A DNA stretch of 64,000 nt from Balanoglossus misakiensis. Its lineage: Eukaryota > Animalia > Hemichordata. The notes below the pieces were generated by a model that was not told where the DNA came from, did no database searches, and worked only from the letters and a program-made list of their open reading frames with translations. A program made the translations under genes and the position numbers. The stretch spans positions 5,502,303 through 5,566,302 of the forward strand of contig CM082582.2 in the NCBI GenBank assembly GCA_040954595.2. The letters are read 5' to 3'. Shown here in pieces: positions 25,401 to 38,513 of this stretch (position 1 is the first letter of the stretch; the number at the start of each line of letters is the position of its first letter).

Positions 25401-28400
25401 GAAAGTACTAACTCAGGCCGAATAGGTAGAAAATATTGTGAATGTTTTATTTAGGAAAAAAAAAACATTTCAAACAGAGTAGTTATTCAATTCATTCAAC
25501 TCCAGTAGTTCATATATTACCAATGATGTGTTGGGTACTACACTGTACATGGGCGTGTGTGTAAACACTGTCAAGCATCAGTGTCAGTATTTCCTGTTTA
25601 AAGATGATGTCAGCAGCTCACACTGCGAAAGTCTTCAAATTCAGAGAATTTCTGCAGACTAAATATTTAACACAGACATCCCCACAACGTAAATTTCTAA
25701 ATTGTCCAGTACATGTAATTAGTATCATACCTGTCCAGAAGACCTAGGAAAATGACTGTCAAGGGAGAACACAAGTTTACTTATTCTCAAAGTGAAATTT
25801 TAGCCAGGCAAGCCATGTATGAGTCTGTCAATAATTTTGAAATTATTAAATATCATAGAGATGAGTTGGTTCACAAGAAATGCACATGTGGGAAGAACTG
25901 AATAATTCTATAGTTTTGGGGATGATTAAAATAATTTGTGAGTGATTGTCAATGCTAACATTTCTGTCAGTCTCACTATGCATGCCATTAGGGTAACACA
26001 TGGTATTTTGCTGGACCTGCGTTCTGTAATTATAGTTCTGTACACCTGCTACCCTGGCTGTGGTTCCCTGGAAATGAGTGCACATGCAAACATTGTCACT
26101 AAATGGCTAGGTTCAAGGAATTTCCTGATAGTTCAGCTCATATACAGATTGCTTTCATTTCTTCTTTTCCTGTTTCTATAAGGCGAACAGTGCAAGCGTT
26201 TCTTTGAAAGTGCTTTCACTGTTTTTTACAACCAGGTCTAGACTGTAGTCAGACTCCCTAGTTTCACAGACAGAGACAAAATGGCAGACCATATTTTAGC
26301 ATGCTATATATATACACGTATATCACCCTTAAAACTAACACCATATATCATATTTATATTTAGAAACATTTATTATTTACCACGCCTGATTAGATTTCCA
26401 CATAAAATATCGTGAAACGTGGGGGCCTAAAATAGATGATAGCATTTTACAGTGTTGACTAGTGTCCAGTTTCATCAACGTTATCATTGACATAATCCAA
26501 TCAGTGATTGGCTAATCATGGAAATGATAATGTGATTATAGCATTGCCAGTGTTGGGATCTGTGTTGGTTTCATCGAAAGTCAATGTTGATTTGGCATCG
26601 CATTCCTTTCTCGTCATTAGAATAACATGCTCTGTATCAATTCGAATTGATAATCGCATTTGATGACGTACATGTTCTACATTCATGTATGCAGGTCTGT
26701 GTGTACAATACAACTAACTCGATGCTAAGCCACTAGGAAAATTTTGACAGCAACACATCGTAACATCTGAAAGATACGCATGGCTGACTGCCACCAGTAG
26801 TGTACTCTGGACACACTGAAGATTCAGCGTGTAATACAGAACAATGTTTGACTTTCAGAGATCAAAACAAAGTCCAAAGTAGATAAACAGATGCCGTTTA
26901 CGTGAATTACCAAAGCAGAATATTAACAGCTATGCCGACATACATAACACAGATGATGAATTTAACAGACGGCCCAAGGTTGAGGACCTGGCACGTCTGA
27001 AAACAGAGCTGTCGACTTTTGGCAAACAGCTGTAACTAATAAAATTTTATTCCCAACATTGTTAAATGTGAATATTTACGTTACAAGTCAAGGAGATCTG
27101 CCAAGCATAGTTCATCATAGTGCTGATAATGCAGATAATGTAAAAAAAATCAGTGAAGAAATGTATGTTTTGACTTTTCATGTGTCTGTAAAATCCCCTG
27201 TCTTGCTACTTGTCAATGCTACAAAGCTGGTTCCAGTGTACAAGGAAGTGGTCCATGTTGCCACTTGGATGCATATGGTTCATGCCCTCGTTGGGATGAT
27301 AGACAAGTACATGGACATACACATAAAATTCAGATTTTACAATTTGGTTATTGATCAGCTTTATACAGTATTTCAGGGATGGTGTCAATCAGAATAGTTG
27401 GGAGTGACATCGTCTTTCTGGTATCATGTCAACATTTGACATTGTGCATCATTCTAATCTTATTCGATACTCTCAACATTGTTACATGGTACATATGAAA
27501 CTCAGTTGTCAGCTGTGGAACCCGGGTCTGTTTTCCTCATTCGAGCACCGAAACACTAAGCTGTAGACAAGCATTGATCGCAGTTGTTTGTGATATCCAG
27601 CGAAAGTGGCCAAGAGATCACAGTACAACCTGTGTCACTCCATGTCAATGAATACATCCCATACATACGCGCGCGCGCACACACACACTCTTGACTTGAC
27701 TTGCCCTCAAGTTTGAGCAGACTCATGGGAATATACAGATCTTGGCTTCCGCCATCATCACCAGTCGGGTCATGATTTACTGTGATGGAGACCCCAGGGG
27801 GGATCGTGGTAAGCTTTGAGATGTCAGCAAGCAGTGTGGGATCCAATGGTGCATTCCCACTCGAACACACACACACACGCACACGAGACATGGATCTTGG
27901 CACCAAATCTTCACCAGCTGAGCATTGCAGATCAATGGATCACTGGAATGTATAGACATTGTAGTCTAGTCTGCACTCATATAAATATGTGAATCTATAA
28001 AATAAAGATAGCTCCGCTCAATATTTCCTCATCTCTGTTGATGAAGAGAGAATTACTTATCCCATAGTATATTTACATGAGATATATTTCATTTAAATGT
28101 AAAATCTTGAAGTGCAAAAAGTTCCATGCCATGAAGCTAGTGATTGAACCACTAGGGATGATGAATACGTAGTATTAGATTTTTCATGAAGGAAATTATT
28201 TAATGAAAAGTTCATCAACAACAATTCTGCTGGCAAATGTTAGCCCTGTGCTTTTGTTGTGCAACAAGGTTATAGTAACTTATTAGGAGTGTCCATTCCC
28301 TGAACACAGCTGCTGTTTCTTATTCCTCAATGACATCATACTTCTGAGCCACAAGACCAATTACTGGCAGATTACCAGATGGCTTGTTGCATAAAATATT

Positions 28401-31400
28401 GACTCAAACTCATTATCGGCACCCACACTGTGTGCTTGGTTCTATCAGAGTGAACTTTCCTTGAACCACAACTGAAATGAAATCCAGCATCACAACTAAA
28501 ATTCTCTGCAGTCATTTCCTTCTTGCCTCACTGACGTCACACAGAGGGCAGTTGGTCATGCAAAGGTCATATTTATGTAAGACTTATGTCTGGCTGAAGT
28601 CTGAATATGCTTTCCCCCCCCCCCCCCTGCATCAAAGGTGATGATAATCACAATATGCCATCCGTCAGAAATAAAAAGTTTGGTAGCTATGCTTGCTACA
28701 CTGATTCAGTTTAAGAATACAGACACCCCCCCCCCTCCAGTACATGTATCTGAGTACTGCACTTGTAGACTATAATATAGATGAATGGTATAAGAAGTAC
28801 ATGTATGATGTAATGAGGAAACAAGTGCTATCTCCATGGTAACGAAGCCAAATCAGAGGTTAACCAAGTCATGTGATATATATTCTTATTTACAGGTGAA
28901 TACATCCAAAGTTTTAATCAAGGAGGGTGGTGTACAGCTTCAACTGACAATCACAGACACGCCAGGATTTGGAGATGCTGTCGACAATAGCAACTGGTAA
29001 GTTTCGACACCCTTTGTCTGTAGACGACTTTCTCAATTTCCAATTCCATGTCAATATACATCAAAACGTGTATTGTCAAAGTTATGATTGGCAGTGGTCA
29101 CAATATGTAAACAGACACAACACCAATGGCATATGGTTCCTAGATACAATATGAGCAAATGTAACTTATAGTATACATGTATATTCATGTGACTGCATTT
29201 AGTACAGAAAGACTCTCTATCAAATTATTCTAAACTTAAACATGTATGTCTTCAGCAGACTATCTGTTTTGAAATTTACCACCATAAAGGTTAAAATAGA
29301 TGAAAATTTTGATAAAAAGCAAGCTTTTTTAAGAAGTTATGAAATTCGATATACATGTATTCCCCACCCCTTTTCAAATTCCCAGTTGAAATTGACCCAT
29401 AGAATTCAATTGAACTTTCGCCAATGCATGGGGATTTCAAACGGTAAATATTCTCAAAAATGAACCATCCTGGGTGTTCCTCTGCAGTGTTTCTGATTGC
29501 ATTGCGATGTTCTGTTCTTCATTCTAGTTGGCAACCGGTCATCGATTTCATTGATAACAAATTTGAAGACTATTTAAATGCAGAATCAAGGGTAAACAGG
29601 CGGTCAATGCCAGACAATAGAGTCCACTGCTGCCTGTATTTTATTGCTCCTACTGGGCATGGGTAAGTCTTGGTTCGATCCAGAATGAGTGGATAAATTC
29701 AATAATACGGTTGGCTGTTTCAGAGTTTAAACTCGAAATGTTTGACTCACACTTGTCAATAAAAGTAGGTAGAATTTACAATGAACAGCAGGAAATAACC
29801 AAAATATTAACAAAGTCATGCCCAAAGCAGGTGTTGAATTTAATAATACTTCCTGTTGATATGCAAATTTACAATGTTTCATGCATAAATAATGAAGTTA
29901 CAGATTATAGTCATTATTTGGAAACATACACATGACTCTGTGATATGCGAATGAATTAGTTTCGCAACTTTCAAATTTTAGTCTGAAACTCACTTCTATG
30001 CCAGACCTTGTTGCCTGGGACACGCAGACTTACATTCAGAGTTCCAAATATCCAATAATCTGTTCTGATTTGATGAATTTTTGTATTTCTTTGCAGGTTG
30101 AAACCGTTAGATATAGAATTTATGAAGAGACTTCATGAGAAGGTGAACATTATCCCATTAATAGCTAAAGCAGACACGCTGACCCCAGAAGAGTGCAGAC
30201 AATTCAAAGAACAGGTAAATGTTATTAGAATACATTATATTGATAGAATAGGTAGATAGTTTTTCCGTGTACAACATTGGTGTACAGATGGATCACCCAC
30301 GCTTTAGTAACAATCGCTGTCCTCAACCGTAGTCATTCACGAACATTACCAAATACCACACACATCCATGAGAAAATGATGCATACTACCATATTTACAT
30401 ATAAGACAGTACATGTGTTCTGCAGTAAAGTACTTGGTTTCCCCCCACCAAAGACGACTGCAGTCACCAGATATGAACAGATCATGATGCGCACGTAATT
30501 GCTACTGGTCTCTGCGGATTTCTTCATCTGATATTGACGAGATGAGTGTCGGGGATGTATTTGGCAGTACCGGTCTCTCTGCAGAGTAGATTCTCATCAA
30601 TAGGTCAGCTGAGGTCATTCCACATCCTCAGAATGGTTTGGAACACATGCTGACAACTAAACAAAACTGAGATCAAATTATGTATAACATAGGATTCAAT
30701 TACTTAAGTTCCTGGTACATGAACTGAGATTTGTCAATTTCACATATTAGTTAATAACAGTCTGTGGGTTATGTGGTGCTCAGATGCAATCTTAAATTTT
30801 ATGTTAAGTCTTCAACAAATTATAGTGTACACAGATTTGGCTACTTTCTTTGCTAAAAATTATAACATCTGCCCTTCTTCAAATTACTTAACATGTTCTG
30901 TTTAATACCATTCTGTGATGTAATGTAACAAGAGTGTGTTTCTTGTTACACTATGAGTAAAGCTGGTAACATCAAAAGTCACAAAACACACACTGCCTGT
31001 TTCTGTGCTATATGTAGTCATACCTGATATTACAAGACAAGCTGATGACAAAACATAACTTGCTTTGATGAGTTCAGGATGAGGCAAGTCTCTTTGTCAA
31101 TGGTTAAAACAATCTTTATGGTTCGACCACACTAAGGTGGTCTTCTTCAGGGTTCAGATTGACTGGTCAAGCAGAGTGTACTCTCAGGTTGTAAAAGAGT
31201 GAATGATGCATTTCATTGATAGTATGTGGTATTCATATGAAAATAATGTGTCAAGGCACTCTACATACTCTCTGATATCCACAATCCACAATCTTTACTT
31301 CTTGCTGCAGATTATGAAGGACATTCACGCCAACAAGATCAAGATCTACGAGTTTCCCGAAGTGGAAGAGGAAGATGAAACGAAAGAGAACAACTCCAAA

Positions 31401-33082
31401 AACACCCCACCACCTCCTACATTCAAGGTAAACTAACAATTTGAGATTTTACAGTGACTTTGAATATTTAAAACACTTTAACATGACTTTTATTATAATC
31501 ATATTTCAACATTACTGACTGTAAGTGTAAGCATGCTTCATCAGTATCCAATTTCAGTGCAGCTCTCAGACTTCATACAAGATATTGTTTGCTCGTGTAT
31601 TTTTTATTACATAGAGATGTTAGGAAAGAGAGGCAGCTAGCTTTTCATGTGTTTTCCAGATGGAGTATGAAAAGCATCATTACATAAAAACACCACAAGA
31701 CATATGCATAACACCTGCTAGCTGAAATATATTCATCCTTGTCAGCCAATTATGCTGGCTATTTTGACTTCTGGTAGAAAATAATGTTTTTAAAATCTTG
31801 AGGTTAATACTTCAGAAAGTTCAGTGTATGCTGCCCACGTTTGACATCTCTCGAATGCATAGAAAACAATATCTTACCCAAGTCTGAAGCTGCATTGAAA
31901 TTGACAATTGTATAATAATTATGGTTGAAGGGATTTAAGTGTGTAGAATACTTGAAACCCCTCCGATTTAATTAACCATGGTATAACTTTTGTATTTCAG
32001 TACTACTAGTTGGTTGCAAGGCGTAAGCATGATTGGTGTATATTGCATGTAACTCTCCCTCTCCCTTCCCCCTCCCCCTCCCCTTCCAAGCATTATCCTG
32101 TGTGAGCAGCTTCTCTTCTAAGAATATTGTAAATTTTTCTTTCTTTCCTCTGTAAGTTCCTTCTCAGTGTTCCATTGTTACTACGTACTCACCTTTAAGT
32201 TGCATAAAGGGCTGTCTTTGAGATTATAAGTGTATTGCCCGCTGTGTTCTGTGAAGCTGTAAAAACAAAAGCAATGGGCATTATGTCTCTAGGTGGCACC
32301 ACTTCTCGAAATGATTTTGCATCTGGCGAACTACAAACTTACCCAAATTATATTCTGTGCAAAGAAGCACCCTCTCTGGCTACTTTTAAGTTCCAACATC
32401 ACAAATCTAGCTTTGACTTTCTGTACTGTGAAGTGGCATGATCCTTGATAGACCAATTCAGCTTTTGCAGTTTGTTTTGGTCTATGAGGAAAACAAATGA
32501 CTCTGTGGAAAAGGGATGGTAACTATCCATCTATTTTTCAGACTCTAGCAATTCTGTTCTTCTGAATAATCTCAACGAAAGCCCTTGCAATCAAACACAA
32601 AGGGTGTTTCTCTTCTGTTGTGTGCTTTCTGTCTGTTATTTATTTTTCTTTTGTCTTTGTGTATGAATGTTTCATTGCTTTATTTCTGTCATCAGAGGAG
32701 ATTTGACACTAAAGAGAAAGAAAAAGAAAGAGAAAAAGAAAAAGTTAAGGAAAAAGAAAAGCACAGTTTGAAGGTATCTACATCCTCAAGCTCAGTCTAC
32801 ATAGTAATAGACTTCACCAAGTAGCACACTGACGCAGTGTGTGTATGTGTTCTCACACAAACCAAGTTTGCATGTCTGTACGCCATGTCCAGATATTCTG
32901 TATGCAAGAAGTTTTGAAAAATGGAGATCACTGGCCAGTGTATTGAATAGTTAGCAACATAATAGAATGATATGAACATTTCATTTGGACGATTGTATAT
33001 CCTTTGAAGACTTGTCCGTAAGGACAAAACATTCTGTGACATCAAGGTGATGTACAAAAACAGTTATCAATCAAACGACCAA

Positions 33083-33130
<48 letters not shown>

Positions 33131-36100
33131 CAAACAGTCATAATACATGTGTTATGCATTAAATAACTGAGATAACAAGGTTGATCTCTGTTTTCTCAAC
33201 TTCCTGCAAACATAAACCAGTTGTGAGGGTCTCAGCTGGACACTGGCGATAGTGTATATAAAGATATAACCATAGCTGCATCTTTACACTTCCAGCTTTC
33301 CTCTAACGACTAGTGCTTGCCTTGCATGCTCTGTGTTACTGCTACAAGTGCTGCGACTCTGCTGCTGCTGTTAGGCACGTAATCTGACTGCGGCGCAATA
33401 ATCAACGCTTCTTCGTTCACAGTTGACGTTTTACTATTGACTTATTCTGTGTTATTATTAATGGATTGTCACAGACATTGACTTTTTCCCCCTGGTAACA
33501 CTACATCGCCTGTGTGTTCACAGGCTTCATGAAATTGTAAAAAATGACCTACATTTAGTATTACTAATGTTGGGTTAATGTACAATGTATAGCTCATGAA
33601 AACTGGGTACCATTTGAGCAGAGAGAAAGACATGTTTTCACAACTTCATGTTGCTTTAATAATTTGATTCATGGTTTGAATGTACCCATAACAAGACTGG
33701 ATTAACTACTGACTTTTTGCTCATGTACTTAATTTTTTAATTAACGCAAAATATTTGCCTCTTCAGTAGTGTTAAAATTATGAATAACTGGTTTACAAGG
33801 AATCGGGTGTATACAAGTGTGAACAATGTAGGATGACCTATTATCACCATGGCAACAACCATGATTCTAATAATCATTATTGACTGTGGTGCACACACAC
33901 CTAATTTCATTAATGCTTGATTGGTTTCTCATCTCACAGTTTGTGTAATATACTTTAGACCCAAAGTTACAAGAAGAAATGGAGTTATTGCATGTTGATT
34001 GGTTTGTGTCTGTCTGTTTATTTGTTTGTTTTCAGTTTGTGTTTCTATTCTCTGTGTTCTCTCTGTCTCTGTCGTACACCACACACAACAAAACAACACA
34101 ACACAACACAACACAACAAAATCACTTTCTAAGTTGTTGGACTCGTCATAGCAAGTGACAGATGAGAGTGATAATTGCATAGCCCGTTGCTTTTTTGAAG
34201 ATGGGCCAGTATCAAACTTTAACAACAGACTTCACCCGATCAACTTTTCTGTGAACAAGTGCATCATTTAGTGACCTGAATCTTCACATTGGGTTTTGTT
34301 CTCTAAAGAGGAACTGGGGGTGAACTGGAAGGGTTAAACAAGGCAATGTCTTTAGTTAGAGTCAATGTGTTGTTCATTTGAACTCTTTCAGGAGAGAGTG
34401 CCCTTTGCAGTGGTCGGTAGTAACACAATTTTAGAAGTCAGCGGGAAGAAAGTAAGAGGACGACACTATCCATGGGGCATTGTTGAAGGTACGTTTTGCA
34501 TATAACGCGTGACCTCAACTGGAATTCAAATTGAGATGTTCTATACATGTAGGTCAGTGGTAACAAACCCTAAATCCCACTGCCACAAGCTTGTGCTATT
34601 GTCATATGCATCCTGTTTATGAAATACTTTTGAAAAATATATGTCAATATGAAAACAGTTCATTGGTGTACAAGGTACTGTTTCGTCGTTCAGAAAAAGG
34701 GAGGATGTAACCATGTAATTTCATATATGCCATTTCCTTTCTGTTCTCTCAACAGTTGAAAATCTGGAGCACAGTGACTTTGTCACACTTCGGAATCTTT
34801 TACTCCGAACACACATGCAGGACCTGAAGGACGTTACAAACAACGTGCACTACGAGAACTTCAGATGTCGAAAACTTACGCAAGTTACTGCGGGTGACAA
34901 TAAACCGACCAGGTCCAACAAGTAAGCTCATGCGCTGTTTTTTACTGTGTATGAAAATGAAAAGAGGAGAAGTTGGTGTGAATTGGATGGAAAGCTCACA
35001 TAACAATGATTGTGGTTGTGACAGATTGATCTGTACTATTCGACATAAGCTTGTAAATAAAGAAGAACCAAACTTGAGATTATTTTTGCAGGCATGTGCT
35101 CTTATAGAAATGGAAAATTAGCAATGTGTTCATATCTCCAGACCACTATGAACTGAGTATTAGAATTCAGTATTGCATATCAGTTGACTGTCCCATGGCA
35201 GTATGTTGGTCTGCTGTATGACGTTACCGTCAAATGGTATTCTCGTTACCGTCGTACATTTTGCAGTATCACTGATGTGACTCTTCTGATCTTTGCAGGG
35301 TTTCCACCAGGAATCCGATAACGCAGTTTGAAGAGGAGAAGAAGGAGCACGAGATGAAGATGAAGAAGATGGAGAGCGAGATGGAACAGGTCTTTGAGAT
35401 GAAAGTGAAAGAGAAGAGACAGAAACTGAAAGATTCAGAAATCGATGTAAGTGTCTGAAACAGTCATCATTTGTGATGTCCGCAGAATTCTGTTTGAGCA
35501 GAATAAACATTTTATTTTCAATTCTAATTCAGCGGTTCTACGTGGTGATCTACAATGCTTAAATCAAAACTTTTCACTTTCCTGTTTCTGAATTCAACAT
35601 AAGATCCATTAGTGTAAGTGACCGAAAGTAACCAAGGGATATTTATTTGTAGTTTTGGAGACTTGTTCTATTTGCTGTCATAGTAAATTTGAAATTTGTC
35701 TTTCATCACTCATAAAAGTTTCGTCCTTTAAATATTCAAATACTCATGTCAAATTATTTTTTCTTCAATCTTTAGTTACAAAGGCGATATGAACAGATGA
35801 AAAAGAGTTTGGAACAACAACAGAAGGATCTGGAAGATAAAAGACTTCAATTCGAAAGAGAGAAACACGACTTTGAAGAGAGACAGAAACAGAAGGAAGA
35901 TGAACTGAAAAGGCGACAGTTAGAGAACGCTAAGTAAGTTGGTGATTACTTTGTCTTGAATATTCTAGGGTGATTTCCTAGCCTTGCAGATGTAGCTAGT
36001 GGGTCAGAGGAACAAAGCAACTGTCTTATTTACAGTGAGAATTAAAGATTGCCAGGAAAATGAGCAACCCAAGTTAATATTGTTACCTTTGTAAAGCATT

Positions 36101-36198
36101 GTCGCACACATGATATTGATGATAATGCATCTTGTTTTCACAGGACACTGGACTACAACAAGAAAGGCAAAGAAAAGAAGAAGACCTCTCTATTTTGA
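7431..36198 (+). CDS. SEPTIN7: Septin-7 (about 445 aa). Exons 7431-7452, 8301-8302, 8503-8611, 23485-23594, 28896-28996, 29528-29662, 30097-30214, 31311-31427, 34392-34488, 34756-34921, 35299-35446, 35776-35933, 36144-36198
   Basis: The spliced translation contains [46 protein letters not shown] (G1), DTPGFGD (G3), AKAD (G4), VPFAVVGSN...GRHYPWG (septin unique element), a coiled coil [24 protein letters not shown], and a basic tail KKTSLF*. All junctions are GT-AG and phase-compatible. The first two exons are less certain. Confidence 0.95.
8301..8302 (+). CDS. SEPTIN7: SEPT7 candidate 2-nt microexon (CG)
   Basis: CCCCAG|CG|GTAAGT, with branch point GACTAAT at 8190-8196, a pyrimidine tract and no AG until 8299. 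It converts phase 1 to phase 0. Confidence 0.65.
8503..8611 (+). CDS. SEPTIN7: SEPT7 exon ([36 protein letters not shown])
   Basis: AG acceptor, GTGAGT donor and the septin polybasic region. Confidence 0.95.
8629..8672. mobile_element. 44-bp TAG...CTA hairpin element with a near-perfect 9-bp TSD
   Basis: TIR TAGTCTAGTACCTAGC / GCTAGGTACTAGACTA, with flanks TTTCTACAT and TTTCTACTT. Confidence 0.7.
12590..12748. mobile_element. CAG...CTG-ended MITE (hAT- or P-like); sister copy at 55464-55634 in the opposite orientation
   Basis: Ends are CAGTGGTTTTG...CAAAACACTG. Internal GATTTGGGAACC(C/T)TGGTAA and ACTGCATTG blocks are shared with the second copy. Confidence 0.6.
14157..14367. mobile_element. 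TA-flanked MITE (Tc1/mariner-pogo-like)
   Basis: TIR TACTGTAAAACAC...GTGTTTTACAGTA with internal CGCGAAA motifs; a partial second copy lies at 60818-60948. Confidence 0.85.
23485..23594 (+). CDS. SEPTIN7: SEPT7 exon with the P-loop ([20 protein letters not shown])
   Basis: TTACAG acceptor and GTGAGT donor. Confidence 0.96.
23681..23847. mobile_element. Tigger/pogo-like MITE
   Basis: TA|CAGTCAAACCTGT...ACAGGTTTGACTA|TA. Confidence 0.75.
24563..24631. repeat. (GA)n(CA)n compound microsatellite
   Basis: Directly visible in the sequence. Confidence 0.85.
28896..28996 (+). CDS. SEPTIN7: SEPT7 exon ([33 protein letters not shown])
   Basis: G3 motif with canonical splice sites. Confidence 0.96.
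29528..29662 (+). CDS. SEPTIN7: SEPT7 exon ([24 protein letters not shown]...[16 protein letters not shown])
   Basis: Septin motif with canonical splice sites. Confidence 0.96.
30097..30214 (+). CDS. SEPTIN7: SEPT7 exon ([33 protein letters not shown])
   Basis: G4 AKAD motif with canonical splice sites. Confidence 0.96.
31311..31427 (+). CDS. SEPTIN7: SEPT7 exon ([22 protein letters not shown]...TPPPPTFK)
   Basis: KIKIYEFP motif; phase 0/0. Confidence 0.93.
32696..32773 (+). CDS. SEPTIN7: Candidate SEPT7 cassette exon ([26 protein letters not shown])
   Basis: 78 nt, phase 0/0, long U-rich AG-free tract upstream, purine-rich body and an AAG|GTATCT donor. Confidence 0.6.
33085..33130. repeat. 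(GATT)n microsatellite
   Basis: Directly visible in the sequence. Confidence 0.92.
34392..34488 (+). CDS. SEPTIN7: SEPT7 exon ([32 protein letters not shown])
   Basis: Start of the septin unique element. Confidence 0.96.
34756..34921 (+). CDS. SEPTIN7: SEPT7 exon ([36 protein letters not shown])
   Basis: Septin unique element. Confidence 0.96.
35299..35446 (+). CDS. SEPTIN7: SEPT7 coiled-coil exon
   Basis: [43 protein letters not shown]; a second in-frame acceptor AG lies at 35309-35310. Confidence 0.93.
35776..35933 (+). CDS. SEPTIN7: SEPT7 coiled-coil exon
   Basis: [27 protein letters not shown], with canonical splice sites. Confidence 0.94.
36144..36198 (+). CDS. SEPTIN7: SEPT7 last coding exon ([17 protein letters not shown])
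   Basis: Basic C-terminal tail typical of SEPT7; TGA at 36196-36198. Confidence 0.92.
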
Positions 36199-38420
36199 AA
36201 AATGGCAATCCATGTGCATGGCCTAGTATAAGGTTCTGTTATTATTATATCACTATTGTCGAAATTAATCCGGCAAATGGCTGGGCTATGGTGGTGTCTA
36301 ACAGCTCGCGAAAGGGCCTTTCCCATGATGCAGTGCTCAGTCCTTGATACAGTGAAAAAGGGGGCAGCCAAGTTTTTGGCCCTGGTTCAGAACAACACAC
36401 TTGAGAATACAGTGTGTTTCCAAGTAAATGAATAATGATGGCCAGTCTTGGAAGTGAAAACGTATTCAAATTTGTTTTATTGGGGGTTGCCTTAGTGACA
36501 TATTCTTGGCTGTCTAGGGATTTCAATGATTGACCCAAGCCGTTATTTTCTTCATTATATTTTGGGGGAATTGAAAAAAAAAACAGTGTGCATACCAAAC
36601 ACTGCAGCTGCTGACAATCGAGTCGCACAAATTCTGCACCGGCCACGAGCAAACCTGAACCGCCATGACGCCAATTTGTAGCAAACACAGTGCACTGCAT
36701 CATGGGATAGCCATTTTCTGCTCGCTGCGTGACACAGACCAACTGTCATGTCATGTCAACTGCAAGTATTGGTGGCAGAAAAAAAATTGTGAATTTACAG
36801 AACAATCTTCATCCTGTTTTTTTGCAACTAGGGTAGCTAGCCAGTGCAGTGTGATAGACGTCGTCGTCCTCAGTGACATTTTTATAACTTAGCATGTTAC
36901 CATAGCAACAGCATTAAATAGTGGCAGACTGTATCTAACGTGTCATTATATCAGAAAATGATAGAAATCGTATAATCATTAAAAGCACTCAACACAGGAT
37001 GCAAATATTTTGTACTCGAAAGAAATTTATAGATTAACCCAGCTTCCCAAAATAAGAGCATATATCATGTTTCAAGAACTTAAATTGCTTTTTTGAGCAA
37101 AAGTTTTCTGATTGCAGCTAATACAAAAAATGTTGTAGTTTAGAAATTGAAAAAAAAATGTTAAATTTCCCAGTTGTCTACAAACACAGTCGATTCGTGA
37201 TTTAAATTCTAATATTGGTGCTGATGATGATAAAGAGAAGAGAAAATTTCATTCTTATGCTTTTCTTTCCTGCATTCCAAAATCTCAACACAAAAAGATA
37301 CAGTTCTCTACGTGTGTTCTGTACTGTCATTACTTACATTTAATGAATTAGAATCTTTGTTGTTGCAGCTGTCATTTCATAACATCAAAATTCTACACGG
37401 GATGTTTCATGTCCATAGCAGACAACAGTGTGGTTGGATGGGGGGCCATGTTTAAAAATCTTTTTACCGCCATAACCATAAAAATATGTTTGATCTCAAC
37501 CAGACTGCATACAAAAATCTTAATTTTACTTGATGTAGTTGCAATTTAATGACATTTGGAAACAAGGACAATTTTACGTATCAAAATCGGGAGAGTTTCG
37601 TTGAGACAAAAATTGTGATGGTGAGGAATCTGCTTCTCACAAGTATGTGTTTCTCCAGGCAGAAGCTGCACACACCTTCAAGACAAGTGGTTGACTCCTG
37701 CGGTGGTGTCAAAGGTCAACAATCATTTCAGGTTTTATTTCCTTGGTTCAAGTATTATATCCTAATCCAGGATTCATTCAAATATTGGCTGTAAAACAAG
37801 TCAAACATGAGATATTGGCAAAATCCAAACCACACTGTATAAGAGCTGTGCTACGGACTAAAAAAAACTTTGCTTTATTCCAATCCCTTATATACAAATA
37901 ATCAGTAGATGGTAGTTATATTTAAAATACATGTACATGTAATATAATAATACTTTGTTTCGTTATTTTAAGAATGTACGTTTGCTTGCTTTGTAGATCT
38001 ATAATCGTCACTGTCTACATTGTTTACAATGTGCTAAAACTATGCATATGTATGTTTATATCATATTCTTTATGCTCGGTATTTTTATGTATTTTAGGGG
38101 AGGGTGTAACTTTACCAGAAATGGGGGGTTGATGCATGTTTTACTGTAAGGAAACATGCCGCATCTGATACCTACAATAGTATTATATGATTTTGTTTAT
38201 AAAAGCTAACCAGTTTTTGTGTCTGGCGAAAGTTTTTTTTTCCATCTTATAATTTGAACATATTAAGCTAACAAAAAAAAAACTTGCTCTTGTTTAACGG
38301 ATTATCAGTTTTGCTTGTATTTTGTAAACATTTCTGTCCTACATATCCCTTCCCACACTCCCCCCGAAGTTTTGTCCCAAAACTTCATGAATCATGCAGG
38401 GCAATCTCAAGACAGATGAA

Positions 38421-38513
38421 TTAACCCTTTCACCCCCAGTTCCCTCTTTAGAGGTCCAACCTTACCATAGAAAACAATGGGTTTGGACTGAACCATGGTG
38501 GTGAAAGGGTTAA
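38421..38513. mobile_element. TTAA-flanked piggyBac-like MITE (about 85 bp)
   Basis: TTAA|CCCTTTCACC...GGTGAAAGGG|TTAA, nearly identical to 55637-55729. Confidence 0.88.
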
